A stretch of DNA of 63,436 nucleotides, filler included, from Candidatus Desantisbacteria bacterium CG1_02_49_89 (GTDB lineage: Bacteria; Desantisbacteria; UBA1551), in assembly GCA_001871075.1 (NCBI GenBank). It is 5 parts of 5 records of this genome, joined end to end, with 100 filler letters (N's around TTAATTAATTAA, not from the genome) between each part and the next. Parts side by side here need not be neighbours in the genome. Positions count along the whole stretch, not along the records: positions 7,803 to 18,830 come from MNUP01000115.1; positions 18,931 to 48,857 come from MNUP01000032.1; 3 more parts are not named here. One strand, 5' to 3'. The position numbers and the translations under genes are program-made. Position 1 is the first letter of the stretch, and every line of letters begins with the position of its first letter. The notes below the pieces were generated by a model, which was given only the letters and a program-made list of their open reading frames with translations, was not told the origin of the DNA and did not search any database. Positions 8,334 to 19,821 of this stretch are shown here, piece after piece.

Positions 8334-9650
8334 ATGAGGCAAAATTTAAATAAATCCCTTTTTCCAAGAAAAGCGCTTGAGAATATAGTAAAATTTTTAG
8401 ATACCGAAGAAGTAATTGTTCTTATTGGCGCAAGGCAGGTTGGAAAGACCTGTATTATGCGGCTCCTGCAAAATGAATTGAGAAAAAGAGGCATTGATGA
8501 AAAAATAATTCATTATTTCGATCTTGAGGACACCTCTCTGCTTAAAATTCTAAATGCGGGACCAGAAGAATTTTTAAGGTATTTAAGCAGCTTAGGCGCG
8601 GATATTTCAGGCAATCTGGTTGTGTTTATAGATGAAATCCAGTATCTGGATAATCCGTCAAATTTTATTAAACTGTTAAGCGACCACCATAAAAACATAA
8701 AACTGGTTGTATCTGGTTCCTCCACGTTTGACATAAGAAAGAAATTTAAGGATTCTCTCGCGGGCAGGAAGATCGTTTTTGAAATTTTTCCGCTTGATTT
8801 CCAGGAATTTCTTCTTTTCAGAGGTGAAAAAATCCTATACGATCTGCTGCTGAGAAACAGCTTTGAAAAAATATACAGGGAAAAAATCAAGCCGGATTTC
8901 GAAGAATTAAAATTTCACTCTGAAAAATTCAAAAGACTTATAGACGAATTTATTGTGTATGGCGGATATCCTAGAATTGCGCTTGAAAATAATAACGGAA
9001 AAAAAATCACATATCTTGCCGAAATATACAATACCTACGTAAAAAAAGACATTAAGGATCTTATGCGCATTGACAACCCGGCGGCATTCAATAACCTTAT
9101 TAAAATACTCGGGCTGCAGGCAGGCGATTTGATGAATTATGACAATACCTCCATAGATCTGAGGATGGCAAGGCCTACCCTGGAAAGATACCTTTTTATA
9201 CTTAAAAATACATTCATCATTGAGATCCTCGCGCCTTATTTTACAAACAAGCGGAAAGAAATAGTCAAGATGCCTAAAATCTATTTTTTTGATAACGGTT
9301 TAAGGAACGCGGCTATTAACAATTTTCTGCCGGCTGATTCAAGGACAGACACCGGTGTTCTTGTGGAAAACTTCGTATTTTCGCAGCTTATAAAGAATCT
9401 CAGGGATTTAGAGGAACTCCATTTCTGGAGGACACAGTCTAAGAATGAAATTGATTTTATAATCTCGGGCCAAAATCCGGTTCCGGTAGAGGTCAAATAT
9501 AAATCATTTAAATTTCCCGCTGTTCCCAGGGGAATGAAATATTTTCTTAAGAATTATCTGCCTCCCCGCGGGTTTGTGTTAACAAAGGATTTTTTCGGAA
9601 TGAAAGAGGAAGAGGGCAGGCCTATTTATTTTCTGCCCGTGTGGATGTAG
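8334..9650 (+). CDS. AAA_14 ATPase with DUF4143 C-terminus
   Basis: GARQVGKT Walker A, FIDEIQ Walker B, SGSS, YGGYP, PKIYFFDNG, EIDF...VEVK; AT-rich. Confidence 0.9.
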   Translation: MRQNLNKSLFPRKALENIVKFLDTEEVIVLIGARQVGKTCIMRLLQNELRKRGIDEKIIHYFDLEDTSLLKILNAGPEEFLRYLSSLGADISGNLVVFIDEIQYLDNPSNFIKLLSDHHKNIKLVVSGSSTFDIRKKFKDSLAGRKIVFEIFPLDFQEFLLFRGEKILYDLLLRNSFEKIYREKIKPDFEELKFHSEKFKRLIDEFIVYGGYPRIALENNNGKKITYLAEIYNTYVKKDIKDLMRIDNPAAFNNLIKILGLQAGDLMNYDNTSIDLRMARPTLERYLFILKNTFIIEILAPYFTNKRKEIVKMPKIYFFDNGLRNAAINNFLPADSRTDTGVLVENFVFSQLIKNLRDLEELHFWRTQSKNEIDFIISGQNPVPVEVKYKSFKFPAVPRGMKYFLKNYLPPRGFVLTKDFFGMKEEEGRPIYFLPVWM

Positions 9651-9680
9651 AAAAAAATTTGGGGGTCAGAGGGACGCCCT

Positions 9681-12587
9681 ATGTTAAAATCAATTAAATT
9701 AGCGTTCTTCGTTCTGGCAATCCTCATCCCCGCGGCGTCATTCTGCCAGTTCTCCGAGACCACCGGCGTTATAACGTCTGCCAGGTGGAAGAGCGGGGTG
9801 CCGCTGGGGGGGATCGGGTGCGGCAAGATAGAAATGCTGACCGACGGCGGTTTCGGCAATTTCTCCGTTAACCACAACTGGGACCGGCCCACGGGTATCG
9901 TGCGGGGCGCGTTCTTTGCCGTGTATGCCGGTGACGGCAATACCGGAGCTGCCAGGGTCCTGAAGCTCAGGTCTGACAGATACCAAAACACTACGATGAT
10001 CGACAGCGTCACGTATTTCGGCAGGTTCCCTGTTGCTGAACTGAATTTTTATGATCCGCTTCTTCCCTTAGACATTTCCCTTGAAGCTTTTTCCCCGCTC
10101 ATCCCCAATAATATTAAGGATTCAAGCCTTCCGTGCGCTTTGTTCAATTTTACCGTCACAAACAGATCCGATAGGCCTCTGGACGCAGCCCTGCTTTTTT
10201 CAATGGAGAACCTTATCGGGTGGGGCGGAAGGAAAGGGAAGGCCTGGGATTCCAGGGACGGCAACAAGCAGGAGATCCTGGACACCGCGCAATTTTCCGG
10301 CCTGCTCTTTACGACCTCCGGGTCATATGAAGGCGAGAGCAAAAACGTCCTCGGCGAATACCTCATTGCCGTCCAAAAAGAGCCGGACCTGCGGGTAACG
10401 TATTGCCAGAACTGGGACGCGGGCGCGAAGGCGGTTTCGTTCTGGGATTCTTTTGCATTATCAGGTATCCTCACCGATATGCAGGAAAATGGTCCTTCTC
10501 CTGCAGGCGCGGTCTGCGCGAAAATAAGGCTGAAGCCCAAAGAACAGCGCAGGCTCTCTTTTGTATTCGTCTGGCATATGCCTTTCCAGGTCAGCCAGTA
10601 CCGGGAAAAAACCTTCACGGGCAATTTTTACGGTTCTAAAAGGGACGTTTACAATGCCTTTGACGGAAAGCAGGCAACCCGGTGGTCTAACGGCTACCCC
10701 AAAGTTCCCGGAGAAGCCTTTTTATTCGGGCTGGGAAGAGCTGAGACCATAACAAAAGTGGTGTATGACACCAGATCCTCCCCGAACGATTATCCGGAAG
10801 GTTACATCCTTGAAGTTTCGCTTGACGGCGTTTCCTGGCAGAAGGTAAAGCAGGCAGACGCAAAAGAAGCCTCAGGGCAGCAGCAGGGCGGGCTCCTTGA
10901 AATTGCTTTCAGCCCGGCCTGCGCGAGATACATAAAGATAACCCAACTCGGTAGGTCCTTTTCATGGTTCTGGTCGATCCACGAAATCTCGGTTTACAAC
11001 AATATTGAAAAGATCGATTTTAAGCCTGAGGACCCCAAAGCGCTCCTGCAGAAAATAGAATATAGGACTGTAACCGCTGACAACAGCCATTATTACGCGA
11101 ATTATTTCAGCGGCGCGCCTTCCATCGCCGGATACGCGCTTGAAAATAAGGACCGCCTGCTCGCGCAGACGAAAGAATGGCAGGACCTGGTTTTCAGGTC
11201 CACCCTTCCTTTCTGGCTCAGGCTCAAGCTCATAAACTGCGCGTTCCCGATGTACGCCAATACCGTCCTTACAAAAGACGGCAGGTTCTCGGTGCTGGAA
11301 AGCCCCATTGATATGGGAGGAGCGCTGGGCACGATGGACCAGAGGATGGCGGCGCACGCATTTTACACCCAGATATTCCCTGAGCTTGATAAGAGCGAGC
11401 TGGAACTCTTCGCAAAGTGCCAGCCTGATGACGGGCAGATCACGCATTTCTGCGGCAATGTCCACGAAGTCGTGGGCAGCGGAGAAGTCGGGTACGGCAC
11501 CACGGGATGGCCTGACCTTTCCTGCTCCTGGATAATGCAGGTATTAAAGCTTTACCGCTGGACAGGAGATGCGGATTTCCTTAAAAGAATGTACCCCCGC
11601 CTGAAAAAGGCGGCTGCTTTCTTGAAAAGCGCGGACCAGGACAGCGATTTCATCCCTGAAGGCGGGTCAACTTACGATTACGAAAACCTGCCAAGGGGCG
11701 CGTTCATTTATTCGGCGTCCTGCTATCTGGGCGCCCTGAACGCAGCGAAAGCAGCGGCAGAAGCGATGGGGGACGCGGAATCAGCAGAAGCCTACGCGAA
11801 GGATTTTGAAAACGCGCGGAAAAGCGTGATCGATAATATGTGGAACGGGGCGTATTTCATAAAATGGTGCAGCCACGCGACAGGAGAGAAAAACGTGAAT
11901 TCGTTCATAGCCCAGTTCGCGGGCGACTGGCTCTCGCGCCTGTGCGGGACAGGCAGGACGATCCCCGAAGAATACACAAACCCCGCAGTGAAATACCTGC
12001 TTGCCACCCACCTGGATTCTTTCTTTCCTGTTCCGCCTATGGAAGTAAAACCGAACGGAAAGCCCGCGGTTGAAGCGTGCTATATGCTCCAGCACGAGCC
12101 GTACCTCGGAATGGAAGCGATATACGAGGGTTTCGTTGACAAGGGCCTGGAAGTGATCCGCAGGGTGTTCTACGTCTCCTGGGTCAAGACCAAAAATCCC
12201 TGGTGCCAGTCCCTGGCATACAGCCTGCGGGGCGAACAGGGAGGGTTGATCTCATATATGACCTGCCCCACGACCTGGCACGTGCTTAACGCCCTGAGCG
12301 GCACTACCCTGGACATAAACGCGGGCATGCTCTGCGTGCGCCCGCAGCTGTTTTCCGGGTCCGGGGAGCTGCATATGCCTGTCTTCTTCTCCAATTTCTG
12401 GGTCTGGCTGGATTTTGTTCCTTCCCGAAGGCGCCTGACTCTCACGATCATTAAAATATTTTCCGATAAGCCTATGGAGCTTTCAAGGGTTGTTTTTTCC
12501 GAAGACCTGCCTCCCGTGAACCTGAAAAAAGTTTTTAAGGTTGAAGCGGGTTCTGTTTTAGATCTTTCCGGTTATTATATCTGGTAA
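9681..12587 (+). CDS. Secreted GH116-family glycosidase with an inserted F5/8 type C (discoidin) domain
   Basis: GVPLGGIGCG, FSPLIP...SSLP, LES, STYD, QFAGDW motifs; internal AFDGK..TRW...SLDGVSW...RYIKI...SIHEI module. Confidence 0.85.
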   Translation: MLKSIKLAFFVLAILIPAASFCQFSETTGVITSARWKSGVPLGGIGCGKIEMLTDGGFGNFSVNHNWDRPTGIVRGAFFAVYAGDGNTGAARVLKLRSDRYQNTTMIDSVTYFGRFPVAELNFYDPLLPLDISLEAFSPLIPNNIKDSSLPCALFNFTVTNRSDRPLDAALLFSMENLIGWGGRKGKAWDSRDGNKQEILDTAQFSGLLFTTSGSYEGESKNVLGEYLIAVQKEPDLRVTYCQNWDAGAKAVSFWDSFALSGILTDMQENGPSPAGAVCAKIRLKPKEQRRLSFVFVWHMPFQVSQYREKTFTGNFYGSKRDVYNAFDGKQATRWSNGYPKVPGEAFLFGLGRAETITKVVYDTRSSPNDYPEGYILEVSLDGVSWQKVKQADAKEASGQQQGGLLEIAFSPACARYIKITQLGRSFSWFWSIHEISVYNNIEKIDFKPEDPKALLQKIEYRTVTADNSHYYANYFSGAPSIAGYALENKDRLLAQTKEWQDLVFRSTLPFWLRLKLINCAFPMYANTVLTKDGRFSVLESPIDMGGALGTMDQRMAAHAFYTQIFPELDKSELELFAKCQPDDGQITHFCGNVHEVVGSGEVGYGTTGWPDLSCSWIMQVLKLYRWTGDADFLKRMYPRLKKAAAFLKSADQDSDFIPEGGSTYDYENLPRGAFIYSASCYLGALNAAKAAAEAMGDAESAEAYAKDFENARKSVIDNMWNGAYFIKWCSHATGEKNVNSFIAQFAGDWLSRLCGTGRTIPEEYTNPAVKYLLATHLDSFFPVPPMEVKPNGKPAVEACYMLQHEPYLGMEAIYEGFVDKGLEVIRRVFYVSWVKTKNPWCQSLAYSLRGEQGGLISYMTCPTTWHVLNALSGTTLDINAGMLCVRPQLFSGSGELHMPVFFSNFWVWLDFVPSRRRLTLTIIKIFSDKPMELSRVVFSEDLPPVNLKKVFKVEAGSVLDLSGYYIW

Positions 12588-12593
12588 TTCAAT

Positions 12594-13664
12594 ATGGAAC
12601 GCACAGGATACGCTGACCTGCCTTTGCACGGGGGCAAATGCCCCAGGTGGCTTTTCCAGAGGATGGAAAAGCTGGCAAGGGTGCTCAGCGAAATAATCGT
12701 TTACGAGTTCGGGCCGGCAGAGCTGCTCGCGCGGCTTTCAGACCCGTTCTTCTTCCAGGCGCTGGGCTGCGTGCTGGGTTTTGACTGGCATTCAAGCGGG
12801 GTCACGACAACGGTCTGCGGCGCGCTGAAAGAAGGGCTGAAGGACGCGGGAAAGGACATGGGGATCTTTGTGGCAGGCGGAAAAGGCGGGACATCCCGCA
12901 AAACGCCTGCAGAGATAGACGCTGCCGGCAGGTACCTTTCTATTGACGCTTCAAAGCTTATTTACGCCAGCAAAATGTCAGCGAAAGTTGACAATACCGC
13001 TTTGCAGGACGGGTTCCAGCTGTACCACCACTGTTTTATATTCACGAAAGACGGAAGATGGACCGTTGTCCAGCAGGGGATGAACGACACGGTCCACAAA
13101 GCCCGCAGGTACCACTGGCTGGGCGAGGCAGTGAAGGATTTCGTGAACGAGCCGCACTCAGCGATATGCTGCGACACGAAAACTGAAGTGCTGGACCTGA
13201 CCGCTTCTGAAAGCGCTCAAGCCCGGGACACCAGCGCTGAGCAGGCGCGCAGGAATCCTGACGCGGTCCTGGAAGAACTGAAAAAGATCCAGAGCCTTGC
13301 GATGCCCCAGCGCCATCCGGTATTAAAGGAAGATATTAATCCGGACCGGCTTTACAAAACTTTCATAAAGACCTACGAGCGCCAGCCCCAGAATTTCGAG
13401 GCGCTGTTAAGCATAGAAGGAGTAGGGCCCAAGACAGTAAGGGCGCTTGCTTTGATATCAGAGCTTGTTTACGGCTCTGCCGCAAGCCGCAAGGACCCGG
13501 CGCGGTTCTCTTTCGCGCACGGCGGCAAGGACGGGTTCCCTTTCCCGGTTGACAGGAAGGTTTACGACCGCTCGATACAGATACTGCGCTCCGCGCTTGA
13601 CAAGGCGAAGCTTGATGACCGCGAGAAACTCGGCGCTTTCCGCCGCCTGCAGGCCTGGAAATAA
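12594..13664 (+). CDS. DUF763 domain protein
   Basis: ADLPLHGG, DWHSSGVTT, AKVDN..LQDG, GVGPKTVRAL, FSFAHGGKDG motifs. Confidence 0.9.
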   Translation: MERTGYADLPLHGGKCPRWLFQRMEKLARVLSEIIVYEFGPAELLARLSDPFFFQALGCVLGFDWHSSGVTTTVCGALKEGLKDAGKDMGIFVAGGKGGTSRKTPAEIDAAGRYLSIDASKLIYASKMSAKVDNTALQDGFQLYHHCFIFTKDGRWTVVQQGMNDTVHKARRYHWLGEAVKDFVNEPHSAICCDTKTEVLDLTASESAQARDTSAEQARRNPDAVLEELKKIQSLAMPQRHPVLKEDINPDRLYKTFIKTYERQPQNFEALLSIEGVGPKTVRALALISELVYGSAASRKDPARFSFAHGGKDGFPFPVDRKVYDRSIQILRSALDKAKLDDREKLGAFRRLQAWK

Positions 13665-13689
13665 ATGCGCCTGGCATATGAGGTGAACT

Positions 13690-14541
13690 ATGTTGTACTT
13701 CTCTCATTATTCCGCAAAAAAGTGGTTGTACTCTCCTGAGTTACCATTCAATATTGTCAGGGTCCATCATCCCGAGGGCCATCCTGTTCATACACATGAG
13801 TTTTTTGAAGCCGCGTATGTTCTCAAAGGCAGGGCTATGCATATAGTGAATGGAAAAAGGTCCCCGATTTCCAAAGGCAGCATGTTTCTGCTTAATCCGG
13901 AGGAATCGCACGGGTATGAAGTGAGCACCGGTTACGGAATTGAAATAATAAACCTGTTTATAATGCCCTCGGTTTTCAATGATTCTGAATGCCTCAAGCC
14001 TTTTTATAATCCCCTTAGACACAGCCTGCATCTTGAAGGTATTGAAAATATCAAGATCCAGGAACTGTTAGACATAATGCTGAATGAATTCGTCCATAAG
14101 CGGTGGGGCTATAGGCAGATAATAGTGGCTCATCTTGTTGAGCTGCTGGTAACTATAAATAGAATATTTGAACAACAAGAAAGGGAAGAGAGTCTTGGAA
14201 GCCTGAGCGATTTAAAGAAACAGGCTATCCGGTCTGCCATCAGGTACATTGAGTCAAATTACAAAGAACCTTTCAGGCTGAATGATATAGCACAAAGGGC
14301 GCGTTTGAGCCCGAACTATTTTTGTGAAGTCTTCAGGAAGCTTATGAAAAAAACTGTAATTGAATACCGCAACGAAATGAGGATAAGAGAAGCCTGCCAC
14401 ATGATAAGAGCTTCTTCCTGCAATATTACCTCGCTATGTTTTGAAATGGGTTTTAATGACCTGACCCATTTTGAAAGAGTCTTCAAAAAGCACACGGGAC
14501 TGTCACCGCGGGATTATAGAAAACAATTAGATTTTTCGTAA
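13690..14541 (+). CDS. AraC-family transcriptional regulator (cupin plus HTH)
   Basis: HTHEFFE cupin; C-terminal GFNDLTHFERVFKKHTGLSPRDYRK. Confidence 0.95.
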   Translation: MLYFSHYSAKKWLYSPELPFNIVRVHHPEGHPVHTHEFFEAAYVLKGRAMHIVNGKRSPISKGSMFLLNPEESHGYEVSTGYGIEIINLFIMPSVFNDSECLKPFYNPLRHSLHLEGIENIKIQELLDIMLNEFVHKRWGYRQIIVAHLVELLVTINRIFEQQEREESLGSLSDLKKQAIRSAIRYIESNYKEPFRLNDIAQRARLSPNYFCEVFRKLMKKTVIEYRNEMRIREACHMIRASSCNITSLCFEMGFNDLTHFERVFKKHTGLSPRDYRKQLDFS

Positions 14542-14664
14542 AATAATCCTAAATCGTAAAATAAGCCGAGTATTTTTAAGAATTTAATATACTATAGAAA
14601 GGAGATAGAATGGGTGCGGGTAGTTAAGGAGACAAGAACAGTTTCCCGGTCAAATTGAAAACAT

Positions 14665-14700
14665 AAACCCGCTCTAACGAATATCTGAGCGGGTTTTTTT
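14665..14700 (+). terminator. Intrinsic terminator (possible attenuator)
   Basis: AAACCCGCTC-12 nt-GAGCGGGTTT stem running into a T7 tract. Confidence 0.8.
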
Positions 14701-14730
14701 ATTCAGCCGAAGGCGCTGAAGAGGTGAAAA

Positions 14731-17700
14731 ATTAAAAAGATATTTTTTCCGCTATTTCTGGGGTTTACTATGGCCTGCATTTTTTCTCCGTTGCATGGCC
14801 TTGCGCAGACTGTATCCGAGACTGATTCCTATTTTACAATCGCTGAGTCGTGCATGCCGGCTGACGGCATATCCACGCGGACTATCTCAGTTTACATCAA
14901 AGCCGCCACCCAATACAGCCCTTTATCCGGCAGACAGGTAACTCTGTACAGCAGCCGCGGTCCTGCAAGCGATACCGTTGTAATGATAAATGCCATTACA
15001 AATGCCAATGGCCAATGCACCGGCCGGATCAGTTCAGCCTTTCCAGGCGAAGTCAATATTTACGGGATATGCGATACCGCGACTATAACCGAGAACTTAG
15101 TTACAAACTGTTCTTTTGAAACAGGCGGTATCACAAGTGTTACCGGCTGGACCCTGGGAACAAACCACGGGCGAAACGTCGCCGCTTTCAAGTCCGGAAA
15201 TTATTCCCTGAGGTCTATATTTGCAGGCGCAGGAGGCACATCCAGTTATCCGACCAATCTTTTTGCTCTTGAACCCCACTCATACTACAGGCTGAAAGGC
15301 TGGATACGGGACGCGCAGACCGCAGGCAATGCCTATTTTGATGTCAATGATCTAAGTTATGACCTCATGTTGGGCGTGGTGAAGGATAACACCTGGCGTT
15401 ATACTGAAGGGGACTGGAACAGTTATGCAAATTTCTCAGGGAGAGTCAGGTGCGTGACTGACGGCACTCCTGCCGGAACCGTATATTTTGATGCAATGCG
15501 TTTTTACAGGATTCCAACACTGACATTCCTGCCTGTTAAAGAAATCCCGATAGCGATTCAGGCAGAATCTACTGATATCAGGCATCTGGGCGGAGGATAT
15601 GCAAGCAATCCGTCCAGAACCGGAGGCGTAAGCTCAGTTATTTGGGGCACCTTCTGGTGTTTTTATGGCGACAGTGAAAGGCTTATTGTATACTGCAGGG
15701 TTCCTCAGGTCTGGACCGGATTTGAGACTCAGTGGTTCAAAGTTTCAGTAAATGCTGTCGCTATGTATAACACGGCAAATATGGCTGTTTCAATAGACGA
15801 TGCAAATACACAGTACTTCGCAGTTAACACAGCTACTGTGACGGTTTACACAACCAATACTTTCAGCCTGTCAGTCGGTTTTCATAAACTTGNNNNNNTG
15901 TAATTATGCTCCCAAACGGTGGTTCCACAGACCTTTATCTTGACTGGATAGGAATAGGACCGGTAAAAAATGCAATAGACCCGCCTGCGTTTTCAAGGGA
16001 AGAAATAAGTATTTTCCAGGACAATAAATATGTCTCGCCAATCTGGGAATTCAATACCGCAGGAAACACAGAAGGATGGGAAGGCTATAACGGCGCGAGC
16101 ATAACAGGTGTTTCGGGAGGAAGTCTCAACCTTACTACAACAAATACCCCGGCGATGATGCTTTCTCCCTGGATAAATGTAACTGCTTCAGAAAATTATT
16201 ATGTGAGTTTCAGGATGAAGGTGGATAAAGGCACAACCGGAAAACTGCAGTGGGTGAGAAAAAACACTCCGGGACCCCTGGGCGAGAGAAGCTTTGCATT
16301 AGAACTTGATAACGAGTATCACGTGTACAATATTGATTTACATCCCGGTACTGGTTACAGCATGTGGGGAAATACATGGGATGACATTATCAAGGGCATT
16401 GTTCTATTGCCAAGCGATGCATTAGGCGCTAATATTCAGATTGACTGGATAAGAATATCAAATTTACCTCAGAATGGAGCAGAGGTAAAGATTACTTATT
16501 TTGGCGTTAAAAGAGAGGGGCGTATTGGAGAAAGTATTCCGATTACGCTGGACCTTAAGAATTTTGGAGGAGAGCCTGCAGAATTCGTGCGCGCAGACCT
16601 TTATCTGCCTGCGGGAGTCCAGGTTGCAAACGGAGGAAATACGTTCGGACTGACAGCTCTTTATGACAGCACTACGTTTTCCTGCACTGTTGTCAGTTAT
16701 ACTGTAATGTCCAGCGCCGCGTTTGTAACAGTCAGCGGAAAGAACTTCGCGGCTGAAACCGCAAGCTGCACCATTACAATTGTTGCAAGACTGGCGTCTG
16801 ATACCGATTATCCGCCGGTTCCCAACACAGTGACAACGCCATATGATGTGGGAATGTATTATTTCCCTGGATGGAAGGAATCAGCAAAGGACGTTAGTAT
16901 GGGTAGTCTTGGGTGGGATAGGATAAGACCTGAGTTTTCTGAAAGAAAGCCTTACCTGGGTTGGTATGACGAGGGTGAAACGACCATTGCAGACTGGCAT
17001 ATAAAATGGATGGTTGACCATGGCGTAAAATTTATAGCTTATGATTGGTATCATCAATATGATATGCATTTTCTTGAACACGCCATTAATGCGTATCTTG
17101 GTTCAAAATACCGTTCTTATATCAATTTTTGTGTTACCTGGTGCGACCATTTTGAAGGACATACGCGTGACCTTATGCTTGAAGTCACCCAGTACTGGAT
17201 TGACCACTATTTTAATCAGCCAGAATATTACAAGATTAGCAATAAGCCGGTTGTGATAATTTTCAGCCCTTTGCAGATGAAGGACGACCTGGGCAGCACA
17301 ACTGCCGTTTTAAACGTATTTACAGAAATGCGGCAGATGTGTGTTAATGCAGGCTATGCAGGTTTATATATAATTGGCCTTGGTTTGGGCGGTTCATATG
17401 TTGCCCAGACATTCAAAGATTGTGGTTACGATGCAGCAACCGGATATAACTATTCCCAGGCAGGCATGAGTGATAATGAAAAAGCACAAAGGAGCAGCCC
17501 ATATTATAAGGCTGTACCAGCGTTTAAATATGCCTGGGAAGAAATGCAGTTAACCGGAATTTTGCCTTTTATAGCGTTTACTGAACCGGGATGGGATGAC
17601 CGTCCGTGGGCAGGTGCAAATGCCCTTGTGAGGACAAACAGGAACAAGGCAGATTTCAAATCTATGCTTCTCAATGCAAGGACTTTTGCCGATAGTTATC

Positions 17701-18830
17701 CAATAAGCGGTAAAAAAATTGTCATGGTAGAATGCTGGAATGAATTCGGAGAAGGTGAGGCATGTGAACCCAACAACCTGTGGGGTTTTGATATGGCTGA
17801 TGCCGTAAGAGAAGTCTTTGTCGGAGACACGGCGCACATAGATATGATTCCTGCAGATATCGGACAATCGGTTAAGCAATGGACCTTCAGCACCGGAGAC
17901 GGACCCTGGTATTCCCCTATGGCAAAGGCGGGCATTCGGCTTTCAAGCAATACCGCAGGTTATTCTCCTGTTTATGACACGATTACTTTTACCACCACCA
18001 GGGCTGATACCATTTCAAGGGTCACAATGCATTATCCTGAGTGTTCCGCTCTTTCAGGCGTATCCCTTGTTTCTGTACAGATAGGCTCCATAACAAGCGG
18101 GACAGTATCAGCGCTGGGTGAAACAATCACTTTCATCGCAACAACCCCCAATACAGTCAGCAGCGGGACAAACTGCACCATAACGCTTTCAAACATAGGA
18201 AACCCCATTAAAAAAGGCATCCATAATCTGTATGTGACCACATACAACAATAATCTTCAGCCTGTTGACGGTTTTACCCCCTGCACATTCACGATCGCGG
18301 CAGGAGCATTCTCCTCCACTTCTTCTTACATAATCCTTCCTGCATCTGTCCCTGCTAACGGAACTGTAAAATGCACGGTCACTGTAATTGTCGCGGATAC
18401 TTACAGGAACCCTGTCTCAGGAAGGACAGTCGTAATCGTATCCAGCGGGGGTGCGGGGAACGACACCATAACCCAGCCCGGTTCTGCAACTGATTCAAAC
18501 GGGATGTGCGAGGGCTATGTGGTATCCACCAAGCCCGGAAAGGACACTATCACTGCAACGGTCTCAGGAAGCCCCGGGGTTACCATAACCAACGTGGTTT
18601 TCAGGGACATCGCCGTGGGAGCCTGGAACTTTGAAGACAGTGAGGGCGGGACATCCTTTAACCTGTTCTCCGCGCAGAACCCCTATCTGAACAATGCCGC
18701 CATCCAGGGAAACACAAGCGAAACATTCGGTTACAGGGGAGCAGGCAAGTCATTTGACGGTTCAGGCGGCTATATGCAGGTGTTGGACAACGATTCGCTT
18801 GACCCTGCTTTTGAAATCACGGTCGAAATG
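14731..18830 (+). CDS. Giant secreted protein, probably one gene split by the 6-N gap and 3' truncated: Ig/invasin-like, CBM-like, GH99/WbsX-like barrel, Ig-like, LamG
   Basis: ORFs 14770-15892 and 15900-18830 are both open up to the gap; MYYFPGW, LGWYDE, AYDWY, PGWDDRPW, WNEFGEG motifs; GAWNFED LamG start near the contig end. Confidence 0.7.
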
Positions 18831-18930
18831 NNNNNNNNNNNNNNNNNNNNNNNNNNNNNNNNNNNNNNNNNNNNTTAATTAATTAANNNNNNNNNNNNNN
18901 NNNNNNNNNNNNNNNNNNNNNNNNNNNNNN
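18831..18930. other. Artificial contig linker
   Basis: N-run with TTAATTAATTAA. Confidence 0.98.
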
Positions 18931-19783
18931 CATCCTTATTATTGTTCTTTATCATCTTTACATTCCCGGCAATTTTTTTGTCTTCGGTTTTAAACCGGCG
19001 CTGCAATTTTTTAATGTCCTCCTCCGGAGGCAATGCCTCGGGTTTTATGCCGTTTTTCCCAAGCAGATCCCGGACATCCTTATTATTCTTTACGTGCTCG
19101 CCTGTAATAGCCTGCTCGCCGCGCAGATCATTCTTTTTTGTATTAAAACTGGTAATTTCCGCGGCAAAATCTTTGGCTTTAATGGTTATGGTCGGTAAAA
19201 AATCAGCTAATGGCCGCTTATCCGGTATGCCAAGTTTCTTTTTCATTTCCAGCGTAGTATATCCGCCAAAAAGCGCATGGTCACCCTTGCTGCGCAACCG
19301 CGCGAAACCTTCTCCGTCAACGCCTCGCTCATAAACAATACCTGAAAGCTTTGATTCAGTATCAGCCAGCCTTTCGCGCGCGCGTATCCGCTCTGCTAAC
19401 GCAATACGCTCTTCCAGTAATTCCTGCCTGCGGGTCTGAATAGCGAAATAGCTTTGAGCGAAAGCGATCTGTTCCTTGCCGGAATCGCCATTTTGAGCAA
19501 TAAGATAACAAGCGTAGCGGGTAAGCATAATGTCGTCGACCTGACGTTCACTGCCCGAACCAAGCTTGACCATTTTGTTGACATCAACGAAATGGTCCGC
19601 GATGCTCTGCCTGGAATTAAAACACGCGGTCTTAGCCTTTTCAACAACCAGCAAGAAATTACGCCAGTCCGTATAATCCAATAATTTTTGCAGATCCCTC
19701 GCCATCCAATATTCAACACTTTTCTGGGTATACGCTGACTCCTCGAATATTTTATTTAACTGGATAATGATCTCTTTTTTCAC
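18931..19783 (-). CDS. dinD: DNA damage-inducible protein D (3' end at contig edge)
   Basis: EYWMARDLQ, LTRYACYLIAQNGD, FAQSYFAIQTRRQE, RSKGDHALFGG, RPLADFLP. Confidence 0.92.
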
Positions 19784-19821
19784 GATTTATCTCCTTCTGT
19801 ATAAAAGCTTGGGTGCCTGGT

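Noticed and set aside
15893-15905. Apparent frameshift or two separate genes
   Set aside because: The break coincides with an N-gap of uncertain size; both frames are open up to the gap.
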